A stretch of 64,000 nucleotides of DNA, from positions 124,001 to 188,000 of the forward strand of contig NIVC01001797.1 of assembly GCA_002269645.1 (NCBI GenBank), in the 5' to 3' direction. Origin of the DNA: Macrostomum lignano (Eukaryota). Shown here piece after piece: positions 14,482-26,918 of this stretch. Under the pieces are notes generated by a model, which searched no databases, was not told where the DNA came from, and worked only from the letters and a program-made list of their open reading frames with translations. Each line of letters starts with the position of its first letter. Position 1 is the stretch's first letter. A program made the position numbers and the translations under genes.

Positions 14482-16045
14482 GCCTGCCTGTTCCTGTCTG
14501 TGTCTCCGTGTCCGTCTGTGTCTGTGTCTCTGTGTCCGTCTGTGTCTGTGTGTCCATCTGTGCCTGTGTCTCTGTGTCTCTGTGTCTGTGTCTCTGTGTC
14601 TCTGTGTCTGTGTCTCCGTGTCCGTCTGTGTCTCTGTGTCCGTCTGTTCCTGTGGCTTTGTATCCATCTGTGTCTGTGTCTCTGTGTCTCTGTGTCTGTG
14701 TCTGTGTCCGTCTGTGTCTGTGGCTTTGTATCCATCTGTGTCTGTGTCTCTGTGTCTCTGTGTCTGTGTCTGTGTCCGTCTGTGTCTGTGGCTTTGTATC
14801 CATCTGTGTCTGTGTCTCTGTGTCTCTGTGTCTGTGTCCGTCTGTGTCTGTGTGTCCATCTGTGCCTGTGTCTCTGTGTCTCTGTGTCTGTGTCTCTGTG
14901 TCTCTGTGTCTGTGTCTCTGTGTCTCTGTGCCTGTGTCTCCGTGTCCATCTGTGCCTGTGTCTCTGTGTCCGTCTGTGTCTGTGGCTTTGTATCCATCTG
15001 TGTCTGTCTCTCTGTGTCCGTCTGTGTCTGTGTCTCTGTGCCTGTGTCTCCGTGTCCATCTGTGCCTGTGTCTCTGTGTCCGTCTGTGTCTCTGTGTCCG
15101 TCTGTGTCTGTGGCTTTGTATCCATCTGTGTCTGTCTCTCTGTGTCCGTCTGTGTCTGTGTCTCTGTGTCCATCTGTGCCTGTGTCTTTGTGTCCGTCTG
15201 TGTCTGTCTCTGTGTCCATCTGTGCCTGTGTCTCTGTGTCCGTCTGTGTCTGTCTCTGTGTCCATCTGTGCCTGTGTCTCTGTGTCCGTCTGTGCCTATG
15301 TCTCTGTGTTCATCTGTGTCCGTGTCTCTGTGTCCGTCTGTGTCCGTGTCTCTGTGTCCGTCTGTGCCTGTGTCTCTGTGTCCATCTGTGCCTGTGTCAC
15401 TGTGTCCGTCTGTGTCTGTCTCTGTGTCCATCTGCGCCTGTGTCTCCGTGTCCATCTGTGCCTGTGTCTCTGTGTCCGTCTGTGTCTGTGTCTCTGTGTT
15501 CATCTGTGCCTGTGTCTCTGTGTCCGTCTGTGTCTCTGTGTCCGTCTGTGTCTGTGTCTGTGTCTCTGTGTCCATCTGTGCCTGTGTCTTTGTGTCCGTC
15601 TGTGTCTGTCTCTGTGTCCATCTGTGCCTGTGTCTCTGTGTCCGTCTGTGTCTGTCTCTGTGTCCATCTGTGCCTGTGTCTCTGTGTCCGTCTGTGCCTA
15701 TGTCTCTGTGTTCATCTGTGTCCGTGTCTCTGTGTCCGTCTGTGTCCGTGTCTCTGTGTCCGTCTGTGCCTGTGTCTCTGTGTCCATCTGTGCCTGTGTC
15801 ACTGTGTCCGTCTGTGTCTGTCTCTGTGTCCATCTGCGCCTGTGTCTCCGTGTCCATCTGTGCCTGTGTCTCTGTGTCCGTCTGTGTCTGTGTCTCTGTG
15901 TTCATCTGTGCCTGTGTCTCTGTGTCCGTCTGTGTCTCTGTGTCCGTCTGTGTCTGTGTCTGTGTCTCTGTGTTCATCTGTGCCTGTGTCTCTGTGTCCG
16001 TCTGTGTCTGTGTCTCTGTGTCCGTCTGTGTCTTTATCTATCTAT
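14482..16045. repeat. Compound TG/TC-rich satellite (TGTGTC-based) with an internal 402-bp duplication
   Basis: 6-bp-based variants; rare marker GCCTATG at 15294 and 15696 gives offset 402. Confidence 0.93.
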
Positions 16046-16099
16046 GTCTCTTTCTCTGTGTCGGTTTATGCCTTCGTATTTGCTTGTGTCTCTAAAGGC

Positions 16100-16334
<235 letters not shown>

Positions 16335-17223
16335 TCGCCACATCTTCACCCTCCCTGCCTCTTCCCATCATTATATTTGTCAATGAGTGCCCATCCTCAT
16401 CATACTCTTTCTCGAAGCCGCGCCCCGGATCAGGAATTGTTTCGCCTCGGCAAACTGGCGGCTCAACCGAAGCAGTTGTGTCCTGTAATTCTTTTCATTC
16501 CCCGGTTTGTTTCTCACCCCCCTCCAGAGCCGGGCCTGTTGATCCGCGCGCCCGAGCGGCGGCAATCGATGAGGCAGGGGAGTTTGGGGGATAATTCTCC
16601 CACAGCCGCGTCTGTTGGGCGCTTCTGATTGCCGGGTTGGGGGGGGAGGACTAGAAAGAATAACAGCGTGAGGATCTTCTAGGAGCCTGTTTGGCAATTT
16701 CGAGCGCAGCAAGCAGACTGGCAGTCGGCGAAGAGAGCGACAGGAATGGCTAGAAGAGAGAAATCCTCGCAGACTCAATTGCCAATCACCCGGACAGCAG
16801 GCCAATGAGGATGTAAGCACGCTTCCCCACCAGGAGGGAAGTTTCTGGATCAAGTTTAATCACAGCCCGCCCGCCTCCAGTAAAAAGGCATCTCAGCCGC
16901 AGAATGCTGAGACAGGCCGAGACAAAACACTAGCGAGTGATTTACTGGAATCTCTCAGGCGTGCGAAACGAGTTCGTCATTTTTGTTATAATTCCGTCCG
17001 TCGGAGCACTTTCCCTGGTTTGGACTGACACGGTTTGATCAGCTTAGCGTGTCGCGATATTGATGCATGCAACAAGTCAGTTCTGAGACAGTCCAGTGAA
17101 CTTTTCCATCGGGGTTTTGTTGCTAGAATGCCAGGAGGAAAATAAATGCTATTAACTGATTGCATTGAGTGTGCACTTTTATTATTGTCTCTTACCAAAA
17201 AGCTTCTAATCACCCCACTTCTT

Positions 17224-17961
17224 ATCAGTGTACGCGCAAGGTCTGTACTCTGTGATCCCCGATCCTTCACCCACCTCACTTCTTGCGCTTATCAGTGCGG
17301 GTGCAAGGTCTGTACTCTGTGATCCCCGATCCTTCACCCACCTCACTCCTTGCGCTTATCAGTGCGGGTGCAAGGTCTGTACTCTGTGACCCCCGATCCT
17401 TTACCCACCTCACTCCTTGCGCTGTCAGTGCGGGTGCAAGGTCTGTACTCTGTGATCCCCGATCCTTCACCCACCTCACTCCTTGCGCTGTCAGTGCGGG
17501 TGCAAGGTCTGTACTCTGTGACCCCCGATCCTTTACCCACCTCACTCCTTGCGCTGTCAGTGCGGGTGCAAGGTCTGTACTCTGTGATCCCCGATCCTTC
17601 ACCCACCTCACTTCTTGCGCTTATCAGTGCGGGTGCAAGGTCTGTACTCTGTGATCCCCGATCCTTCACCCACCTCACTCCTTGCGCTTATCAGTGCGGG
17701 TGCAAGGTCTGTACTCTGTGACCCCCGATCCTTTACCCACCTCACTCCTTGCGCTGTCAGTGCGGGTGCAAGGTCTGTACTCTGTGATCCCCGATCCTTC
17801 ACCCACCTCACTCCTTGCGCTGTCAGTGCGGGTGCAAGGTCTGTACTCTGTGACCCCCGATCCTTCACCCACCCCACTCCTTGCGCTATCAGTGCGGATG
17901 CAAGGTCTGTACTCTGTGACATCCCGATCCTTCACCCACCTCACTCCATGCGCTATCAGCA
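17224..17961. repeat. Minisatellite, 66/67-bp unit TCAGTGCGGGTGCAAGGTCTGTACTCTGTGA...CCTTGCGCTG
   Basis: About 11 copies; appears as a 22-aa repeat in the ORF track. Confidence 0.95.
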
Positions 17962-18499
17962 TGCGCGCAGATGCTTTTTAGTTTACAAATTCAACTTCAC
18001 TCGCTTCATAGTTAGTCTTAGTCGGTGCATTCTGTCCGCCACTGAAAAGTATTAAGTCGCTGAAGCAGAGCAGATGGATGTATTGAAAGGCAGAAAATTG
18101 CGCGAGGCCCACTGAGCAAACAGGCCTGGTTGCTGAAGTGCCAATCCATTCCGGTTCGTCAAAAGCAATTCCTTAATTATGCCACGGATGCAGTTCCACT
18201 TTTTTCATGGGTATATGGGAAACCGTTTCTCTAGCAGAGAAGGATCAAGTGCTTTTTTCTGGGAAATTTTCTGCTTGGGAAAATAGAATTCCTTCACGAA
18301 TGATAAGCAAACCTACCTATTTGCACAGATATTAGCAATGTTGTTCATCATTAAGCATCGATATTTTTATGGGACTTTTGCACCGACAATTTAGCTCGTA
18401 CCCGTATAATCAAGATCTGGGCAGACTTGCAAACATTGGTCCCGAAAATTTCTAACAAAATCGTATCTTTCTGACCAACCATCCCTATCTTGCTCCCTC

Positions 18500-19300
18500 T
18501 GCACACCCTACCTATCCTCCCTGCTCACCCTACCTATCCTCCCTGATCACCCTACCTTCCTCCCTGATCACCCTACCTTCCTCCCTGATCACCCTACCTT
18601 CCTCCCTGATCACTCTACCTTCCTCCCTGCTCACCCTACCTATCCTCCCTGATCACCCTACCTTCCTCCCTGATCACCCTACCTTCCTCCCTGATCACCC
18701 TACCTTCCTCCCTGATCACTCTACCTTCCTCCCTACCCACCCTACTTTCCTCATTACTCACCCTACCTTCCTCCCTACTCACCCTACCTATCCTCTCTGC
18801 TCACCCTACCTATCCTCCCTGCTCACTCTACCTATCCACCCTGCTCACCCTACCTATCCTCCCTGCTCACCCTACCTTCCTCCCTACTCACCCTACCTTC
18901 CTCCCTGGTCACCCTACTTTCCTCATTACTCACCCTACCTTCCTCCCTACTCACCCTACCTATCCTCTCTGCTCACCCTACCTATCCTCCCTGCTCACTC
19001 TACCTATCCTCCCTGCTCACCCTACGTATCCTCCCTGCTCACCCTACCTTCCTCCCTGGTCACCCTACCTTCCTCCCTACTCACCCTACCTATCCTCTCT
19101 GCTCACCCTACCTATCCTCCCTGCTCACTCTACCTATCCTCCCTGCTCACCCTACGTATCCTCCCTGCTCACCCTACCTTCCTCCCTGGTCACCCTACCT
19201 TCCTCCCTACTCACCCTACCTTCCTCCCTACTCACCTTACCTATCCTCCCTACTCACCATGTACCCTACCTTCCTTCATACTCCCCTATCTTCCTTCCTC
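18500..19300. repeat. Pyrimidine-rich minisatellite, 21/22-bp unit CTCACCCTACCT(A)TCCTCCCTG
   Basis: Period 21 (18541 vs 18562); ends about 60 nt before the acceptor at 19360. Confidence 0.92.
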
Positions 19301-19360
19301 TACCCATCCCACCACCCAGATCCGCTCTCAACCCACTCGCCCCACCTACCGCTCGGACAG

Positions 19361-19578
19361 GCCTGGTGTCAGCCGACCTGCCCAACAGGAAGCTGCTACT
19401 CTGCTCAGGCGCTGGTCACAGCGTGAGCTGCCCGGCCAGCACCAGCATCGCCGTCTCCTCTGCGCATTTCGGACGGCGCGGCGAAACCAACGCCTGCTAT
19501 CAGGCACAGACTGGCGAGCTGGAAGGCAGCGGCTGGTCGCCAGTGAACAAAACCTGCGAAGTCTCTGATCTAGCCAAG
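19361..19578 (+). CDS. EVA-1-like protein, SUEL lectin domain 1 (N-half)
   Basis: CAG acceptor at 19360, AAG|GTAAAT donor; LLLCSGAGHSVSCPASTSIAVSSAHFGRRGETNAC...C matches the SUEL/Gal_Lectin C-x-C-x-I-x-V-x2-A-x-FGR-x-C pattern. Confidence 0.88.
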
Positions 19579-19631
19579 GTAAATTAATTAGGGAGTCAGA
19601 ATTATCATTTGCACCTTATGTACAGCCCCAT

Positions 19632-20020
19632 ATCTCTTACCCTCAATGTACATTCGTGAATCTCTCTCCCCTCAATCTACTGCCTCAAACCCCTTGCCCT
19701 CAATGTAAATTCGCGAATCTCTCTCCCCTCAATCTACTGCCTAAAACCCCTTGTCCTCAATGTACATTCGCGAATCTCTCTCCCCTCAATCTACTGCCTC
19801 AAACCCCTTGTCCTCAATGTACATTCGCGAATCTCTCTCCCCTCAATCTACTGCCTAAAACCCCTTGCCCTCAATGTAAATTCGCGAATCTCTCTCCCCT
19901 CAATCTACTGCCTCAAACCCCTTGTCCTCAATGTACATTCGCGAATCTCTCTCCCCTCAATCTACTGCCTCAAACCCCTTGTCCTCAATGTACATTCGCG
20001 AATCTCTTGCCCTCAATGTA
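19632..20020. repeat. Minisatellite, 57-bp unit
   Basis: Period 57 (19713 vs 19770), 6-7 copies. Confidence 0.93.
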
Positions 20021-20286
20021 CAGTATCAAACCTTTCTATCCCAAATCTACAACCTCAAGCCCCTTACATCATCTGCAGCCCCCTAACCCGAAGTATTTCT
20101 ACACTATTTACCCCACTATTTCCATCCAAATTCACCCCAGCACACAGGAGAGACAGCAAACCTTCCTCCCTGCGCCCCAAATTACCGCAAACAAAAATCG
20201 CACTTTTCCCGCCAACCTTAACAATCGGCATTCGCAAATCCTTATTTAGTTTCTCCCCCAACCCCGCCTCCGCATTCGCCGCCCAG

Positions 20287-20401
20287 ATACTGTCAGGCAG
20301 GTGCGCGGGCCGCTCCGAATGCCGGCTGTCCTCAGACCCTCAGGGCCTCCCCTGCCACGGCCTGCAGCCCTTCCTGTCACTCACGTACGTCTGTCAACCT
20401 G
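20287..20401 (+). CDS. EVA-1-like protein, SUEL lectin domain 1 (C-half)
   Basis: CCCAG acceptor, GTAAGT donor; ILSGRCAGRSECRLSSDPQGLPCHGLQPFLSLTYVC completes the C-x-G-x3-C...PC...L-x2-Y-x-C motif; phases 0/1 fit neighbours. Confidence 0.88.
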
Positions 20402-21107
20402 GTAAGTCCGGGAGAGCTGCACAAGCCAGGCGGATACGAGGGGAAGAGAATAAGGGAATTGTTTGTTTTTTATCGCGTCCGAGAAGAATTACTTCCCCAG
20501 CCTCCCCATCTTCGTCATCATCTTATAGTTTTTCCCCTCTTCAGCGAACCCTTCGAAGAGCAAAAATGAGGGGAGTGAAAAAATATTGACGCCGCATTTC
20601 TCTACTCCCACTGAAGTTGGCTGCCGCGCTGGCTTCTGAGACGCAGGAAGACTAACCCGTCAACCCCTCCATTCTCTCGATTCCTCCCCTTAGCCTTGAA
20701 CTGCTTCTTTGGCCCTCCATCTAGAAGGCGTGTGCTATTCAGAGAATTGCAGGCTCTCCCAGTCACAGTAGCCAACTCAAACCACAATGCAGACCCTCCA
20801 GCGCATGATTCTCTTGAGCAGACAATTCCAGGCAAGAAGATCTCAGACGATGAGAGAAAGAGAGAGAAATGTGTCGCGTGAATTCAATTGGCGCCTACTC
20901 TGGGTTGCGCCCCGCCCCATTTGGAGTTTCTGCTTTCAGCGAGCGAAACGCGCGCGTGTCTGTCTGTCTGTAAAAAAGCGCAGAGTTTGCTAGGCTGGGC
21001 GCATTTCCAACCCACCCAGCCTCCTTATTCACCATACGACGTAGAGCCGCTTAAGGGAGGGATTGTCGGAGCTTTGAAAGATTAAATGCACCCAGCCTGA
21101 ATAGTCT

Positions 21108-21785
21108 GTGGGTGTCAGGGTGTCAGGAATTCAGCGTGTCAGAGTGTCTGGTTGTCAGGGTGTCAGGTTGTCAGGGTGTCAGGGTGTCAGGGTGTCTAGG
21201 TATCTGGGTGTCAGTGTGTCAGGGTGTCAGGGTGTCAGAGTGTCTGGTTGTCAGGGTGTCTGTTTGTCAGGGTGTCTGGTTTTCAGGGTGTCAGGGTGTC
21301 AGTGTGTCAGGGTGTCAGGGTGTCAGTGTGTCAGGGTGTCAGGGTGTCAGGGTGTCAGGGTGTCAGGGTGTCAGTGTGTCAGGGTGTCAGGGTGTCAGTG
21401 TGTCAGTGTGTCAGGGTGTCAGGGTGTCAGGGTGTCAGGGTGTCAGGGTGTCAGGGTGTCAGGGTGTCAGGGTGTCAATTTTTCAGGGTGTTTGGTTGTC
21501 AATTTGTCAATTTGTCAGGGTGTCTGGTTGTCAGGGTGTCTGGTTGTCAGGGTGTCTGGTTGTCAGGGTGTCTGGTTGTCAGGGTGTCAGGGTATCAGGG
21601 TGTCAGGGTGTCAGGGTGTCAATTTTTCAGGGTGTTTGGTTGTCAATTTGTCAATTTGTCAGGGTGTCTGGTTGTCAGGGTGTCTGGTTGTCAGGGTGTC
21701 TGGTTGTCAGGGTGTCTGGTTGTCAGGGTGTCTGGTTGTCAGGGTGTCAGGGTATCAGGGTGTCAGGGTGTCAGGGTGTCAGGGT
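21108..21785. repeat. 8-bp repeat (GGGTGTCA)n with variants
   Basis: Direct periodicity. Confidence 0.93.
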
Positions 21786-22366
21786 GGCACAGCACTGAAT
21801 TCTGAGGAGGGGGCGCTCCGTGGGGTCAGGAAGGAGCATTCAGCGCCTCATCGCCAGCAACCTTGCTGCAAAAGACAGGATTAGAGCTGCACAGCAGAGC
21901 TGACACAAAGAAGCAGAGCCGGGTAAATACTTCACTGTAGCAAAAGACTGAAAGAAAGAAATCAGGAAATTGTTATCGTTAAAAGAGACGACCGGAAGTG
22001 GAGACGGAACGCTAGCAAAAGAGGGAGATTTCGGGGAGCAGTCAGATTCGCTACAGTAATTGAAAGAGGCGATCCGCCCGAGGGCTCTGACGAAGAAGTG
22101 CAGGCGTAAACGCGGCTTGTTTCCCCACTCTCAAGGTAAATAGACTCGGATGTCTGCTTTAAGCATCTTTTTTCAGATACGAACTTTTAAAATCGCATAA
22201 ATAACAAATTTTCCTAATTGGAATTTCTAAGTGCCTCGTATGGTTAATTAAATTGTGTGAATTCAATCTTGTCATCCATCTGTTGAGCTCTGTTCTAACT
22301 TACTGTCTGGCTGTCGGGCCTTAATGCACATTCTATCTCATGGGAGCTCATATTGAGATAGAATGG

Positions 22367-22756
22367 CTCAATAGCTACTCAATAGCTACTCAATAGCTAC
22401 TCAATAGCTACTCAATAGCTACTCAATAGCTACTCAATGGCTACTCAATAGCTACTCAATGGCTACTCAATGGCTACTCAATAGCTACTCAATGGCTACT
22501 CAATAGCTACTCAATAGCTACTCAATAGCTACTCAATGGCTACTCAATAGCTACTCAATAGCTACTCAATAGCTACTCAATAGCTACTCAATAGCTACTC
22601 AATAGCTACTCAATAGCTACTCAATAGCTACTCAATAGCTACTCAATAGCTACTCAATAGCTACTCAATAGCTACTCAATAGCTACTCAATAGCTACTCA
22701 ATAGCTACTCAATAGCTACTCAATAGCTACTCAATGGATACTCAATAGCTACCCAA
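22367..22756. repeat. 11-bp repeat (CTCAATAGCTA)n
   Basis: Direct periodicity; ends about 35 nt before the acceptor at 22792. Confidence 0.96.
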
Positions 22757-22792
22757 TGGCCATTGCTCAGACTCAATCCCCACCGACTCCAG

Positions 22793-23086
22793 CTCTGCAG
22801 TCTCTGCTGCTGTGCTCAGGCAACCAGCGCACCATCCGGTGCCCGGCAGGCCACAGAGTCGTCGTAGCGCACGCCAGACTCACTCGGAAATATCAGCTGA
22901 ACGGCGGCGAGGCGACCTGCCCGGACCTGGTGAGCAGCACTCAGCTCACTAACTGCCGAGACGAAGAGTTCACCAACCCGATGCGGGCGATCTGCGCCAA
23001 GGAGGAGGACAGATGCGGCCTCAGCGCCACCTTCCCGGCTAAGCCCGGCTGCGCCCCCGGTCACATGTTCCTTGTGTACGCCTGCG
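22793..23086 (+). CDS. EVA-1-like protein, SUEL lectin domain 2
   Basis: CCAG acceptor (phase 1), GTGAGT donor; LLLCSGNQRTIRCPAGHRVVVAHARL...C...C...C...C...PGC...FLVYAC is a second, divergent SUEL domain. Confidence 0.85.
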
Positions 23087-23087
23087 G

Positions 23088-23372
23088 TGAGTACAGTATG
23101 AGTACAGTATGAGTACAGTATAAGTACAGTATGAGTACAGTATGAGTACAGTATGATTACAGTATGAGTACAGTATGAGTATAGTATGAGTACAGTATGA
23201 GTACAGTATGAGTACAGTATGAGTACAGTATAAGTACAGTATGAGTACAGTATGAGTACAGTATGAGTATAGTATGAGTACAGTATGAGTACAGTATGAG
23301 TACAGTATGAGTATAGTATGAGTACAGTATGAGTATAGTATGAGTACAGTATGAGTACAGTATGAGTACAGT
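23088..23372. repeat. 11-bp repeat (GAGTACAGTAT)n starting inside the splice donor
   Basis: The intron begins GTGAGTACAGTATGAGTACAGTAT... Confidence 0.96.
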
Positions 23373-23381
23373 CAAACTTTA

Positions 23382-26300
23382 CACATGTCCTGAAGCCTTC
23401 TCAAGGTGAAAATAAAGTCAGGCTCAAATGACAGTGATTTATGCATTCATCTGAACCTTAGCAAGGTATACGTGCAATTTTAAAAAAATCTACCGAGCTA
23501 TCTCCATTCTACAAGTACTTCATTCCATAGCTTGTGATAATGCATAATTTGCATTGATTGTACATATGGGTAGAACCGTAGATCAAGGTACATGTAAGTT
23601 AAACCAGTGATAGCCGATTTCAATTATAGTAAACCAACTTAGATGATGCAACACATAAATATAAAGTTTCATGTAGCTCAGCGGGGGTTTGGGTTGTGTG
23701 GCTTGCCAATGTACTCAAATTTGGTCCCTCTGACCCATGAGCTTGAGTATGCTCTGTCCAGTGTACTTGACTCTAGACTGTTATAGGCATGTTGGTTGTA
23801 TGCTTCATACTTGTATAATAAAATCAATTGATGATAAATTCTGCAAGGCACGATTTCTTTTCACAAACCAAGCTCAACCTGTATTTGTTAGTGACTTGAC
23901 TTGCAGTCCATAGTGAGCTTCAAGCCTACTTTCAATATTTCTACTCACCTTGCCATACATGTATAAAGAAATGAGCCATGCAACGCATGCACTATCACAT
24001 GAAGAAAATCGCCTCAAGATCTGCTTGTTGTGCTACAAAAAGGGCTCATCAATGCAACGAATAGGTAATGCCTCGCTGAAACGCATTCAGGCACACTTTT
24101 TGCCCAACTACAATGCGAATGATGAGCAGCTACCTGCAGCACTCTGTGCCCGATGCAACAAGCTTCTGGCTGACGTCGACAAGGGCATAAAAGCGCCGAA
24201 TGTTTTGCCGAACTCCTCTGAGGTCGTAAAGGTGAGCCCAACAAAGATTACGCGACAGTCCAGCAGTTGTGCTTGCAAAATATGTGAGACTGCCCGGTTC
24301 AACCCGATTGGGAAAGGACTGGGAACATGGAAACCAGAGCCACATTCGCTTGGACGACCCGCGTGTTCGGATCCAGATCATGGTCTGCCACCGGCACAAC
24401 CTGTTGTCATCTGCCAGCGCTGCCACTCAATGGTTGGCAGAGGTTTGCCTCACTACTGCACGCAAACACAGCGACGAGAAAATCTATTCAGTAAGTTGTC
24501 GCTAGACCGTCGAGGTGCCGAAATCCACGCAAGTGACGTGATTAAAGCTAAGGCTGCTTCCACCGGCTCAAACTCTAGATTTCAATTGGCAACTAGAGGT
24601 CGTGATCTTACAGTGTGTGTTGGGCAACGGGCTGGTAGTTCTACATCAATGAGAGGTGGCTGCGCCGTACCAGCAGAGGAATTCAGCCGATTCCAGCAGA
24701 CGCTGTGTTTGAGCGGTCGGCAAACTAAGTTGGCCGCTCAATTTTTTCGAGCATGGAAAGGACGCAAAAGCATTGAGCCAAATTTGCGCAGCAAACTGAG
24801 CGCCATCGACTCTGCTCTAGATGATTTGTTTGAGTTGACTAACCTAGAGATGGACTGTGCCAAAGGAAAAAGGGAAATGCGCAGCATTGTATTCTGCACT
24901 GATCCTCTGGCTCTGATTGACAGAGTGATGGCACGTCGTCAGGTCAGTGCAGATGACGGCGCATTGATTAAAGTTGGCATCGACAGCGGAGGCGGCTTCT
25001 TAAAGTTTTGTATTAGCATTGTGCCTGCTCAAGGTTTAAAAGATCAACCTACCGGAAGTCGCAGCACGTACTCAGAAGGCGCATGCCGTTTCCATTTTGA
25101 GGATGGAGGAGTCCGTAAACTGCTCCTGCTTGCCATTGCCGAATCTGTTTCCGAGTCCTACGATAATCTGCAGCAGATCCTGAATCTTCTTAATTTGCAA
25201 GGATTTTCATTCTGTGCAGCAGTTGATATGAAAATTTCGAATGCGATTCTGGGACTTCAGTGTGTGTGTGTGGAGACTTTGAGAATCGAGTCCGGGCATT
25301 CGAACAAGCCTATATCGATCTTGGAATCCGCGTCACCCCGAAAGTCCACGCTGTTATTGACCACGTTGTCCAGTTTTTGAACATGTCCAATCTAGCTGGA
25401 GAACCCAAGAAGGGACTTGGCTTCTGGTCTGAGCAGGTGGTTGAGACTGCACACCACGATTTCAGCAGCATGTGGCAAGACTTTCGGATCGATTTTCATC
25501 ATCCATCGTATCCAGATCGACTGCGCAAGTGTGTTGTTGCATACTGCTCTCGTCATGCCTAAACAAAATGTGAACTAGCTAAATCAATCAAGACTGCGAA
25601 TTAGGATTATACATTTTTCTTTATTGGGATGAACAAATAGTTCTTAGTCAGACCCTGTAGAGTGGAAAGCGAAATTAAACATAACATAAACAGGAAGTAA
25701 ATAATTGGAATCTTTCAAAAAGCGTGTTATCTTACCCATTCAACCCACCGAAATACAATGTCCGCATTTCAAAATTCCATTCCAGCTTTGCAATGCATGC
25801 ATAGAGATTGTTAGTTCACTAGAAAATTAAATCTAAAAAAGACTAGATGATCGCTAGCCATTGTCTTATCCCGATAGGACCCTAAAGTTATTTTTTCTTT
25901 TATTTATTATTGAATTAATGATAGGAATACATTAGGTAGCTGGTGGAAACCTTAATTTAATTCTTTCTATGGTAAACTTATATCGCAGAAGTCCTTGTTC
26001 TTACCCATCATCATGGAAAGGGAATAGCTTCCTTTGAAAACTCAGCAGAATTTAATAGAAGGATATGCTAAGGGCCAAAATGGCATGAATACGAGAGCTG
26101 TGCAGCAAATTTACAGGCTCACAGCCAATGAGATGGTAGCTACGTATGAGGAGGGAATAATAGCTACAACTCAAAAGCAAGCGATAGAAAAATATCTAGG
26201 ATAATATGCCCTCCATGCCTTGCATCACTCACGCACAATTTTGCGCATTGCTTCTTTGTCCACTTTTATGTAGCATTCTCTGTACTGTACTGTACGAGTG

Positions 26301-26660
26301 TTTATGCTGTTTTTTGTTACATTTAGTCACAATTATTCATTGATGTTTCAATTTATACTTTATACTTTGGACTTTGTAAGGTGATGGCATACCTATGAAT
26401 TATAATGAAAAGTTTCTGACTTGTTTTAAGATCATATTTTTCAAATTTCACAAACTCATGTAGACACTCATTTTTGCATCACGCATATTGAAAACTAATA
26501 GTAATTAGGTCATATGGTAATAAAGTGCTGTAAATCAGAGATAGCTCGGGAGATTTTTTTGAAATTGCACATATGCTGTGCTAAGGTCCAGATGAGAGTG
26601 TAAATTATTGTCATTTCAGGCTGACTTTATTTTCCCCTTTAAAGGGCTTCAAGACATGTG
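23382..26660 (+). mobile_element. 3279-bp DNA transposon of the Chapaev(CMC)/Transib group, defective copy
   Basis: Termini CACATGT...ACATGTG; imperfect TIRs of about 140 bp (66 of the first 80 bases identical by manual alignment); flanks CTTTA / CTATA; internal transposase ORFs. Confidence 0.88.
23959..25562 (+). pseudogene. DDE transposase with N-terminal Zn-binding clusters; internal deletion and frameshift near 25261-25272
   Basis: HEENRLKICLLC...LPAALCARC, CACKIC, CQRC...HYC; KVGIDSGGGFLK (D at 24982); AVDMKISNAILGLQ (D at 25225); then in another frame TPKVHAVIDH and GLGFWSEQVVETAHHDF. The CxxC motif and most of the insertion domain expected after the second D are absent. Confidence 0.85.
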
Positions 26661-26918
26661 CTATAGCAGAAGTGACTGTCAAGACTTTCGACAATGTGAA
26701 GTTTCAAGCTTGTAAATGCCCCCAACTGATCGCCTATTCGATGGCTCAATGCTCCATCCGTGAGAAATAGCTCAGAACAAGATATGCATGTGCAGACAAT
26801 AATCGATAGATGCAAAAAAGTCAGGAATTACGGTTGTGACTAAGCAAAAAAATTATTGAACCTTTGACTGAGGCCCGTCAAGCGCCACTGCAAAACTGAT
26901 TTTCACCCTCAACTCCAG

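Noticed and set aside
21108-21785. Interstitial telomere
   Set aside because: The unit is TGTCAGGG, not TTAGGG, and no pure telomeric run is present.
23382-23430. RAG recombination signal sequence (12/23) in the TIRs
   Set aside because: The heptamer is CACATGT and the A-rich block starts 19 bp later on both ends; there is no 12/23 asymmetry.
25563-26520. Second (RAG2-like or accessory) gene in the transposon; 58-codon open frame at 26028-26204
   Set aside because: Too short, no recognisable motif and no kelch/PHD signature on either strand.
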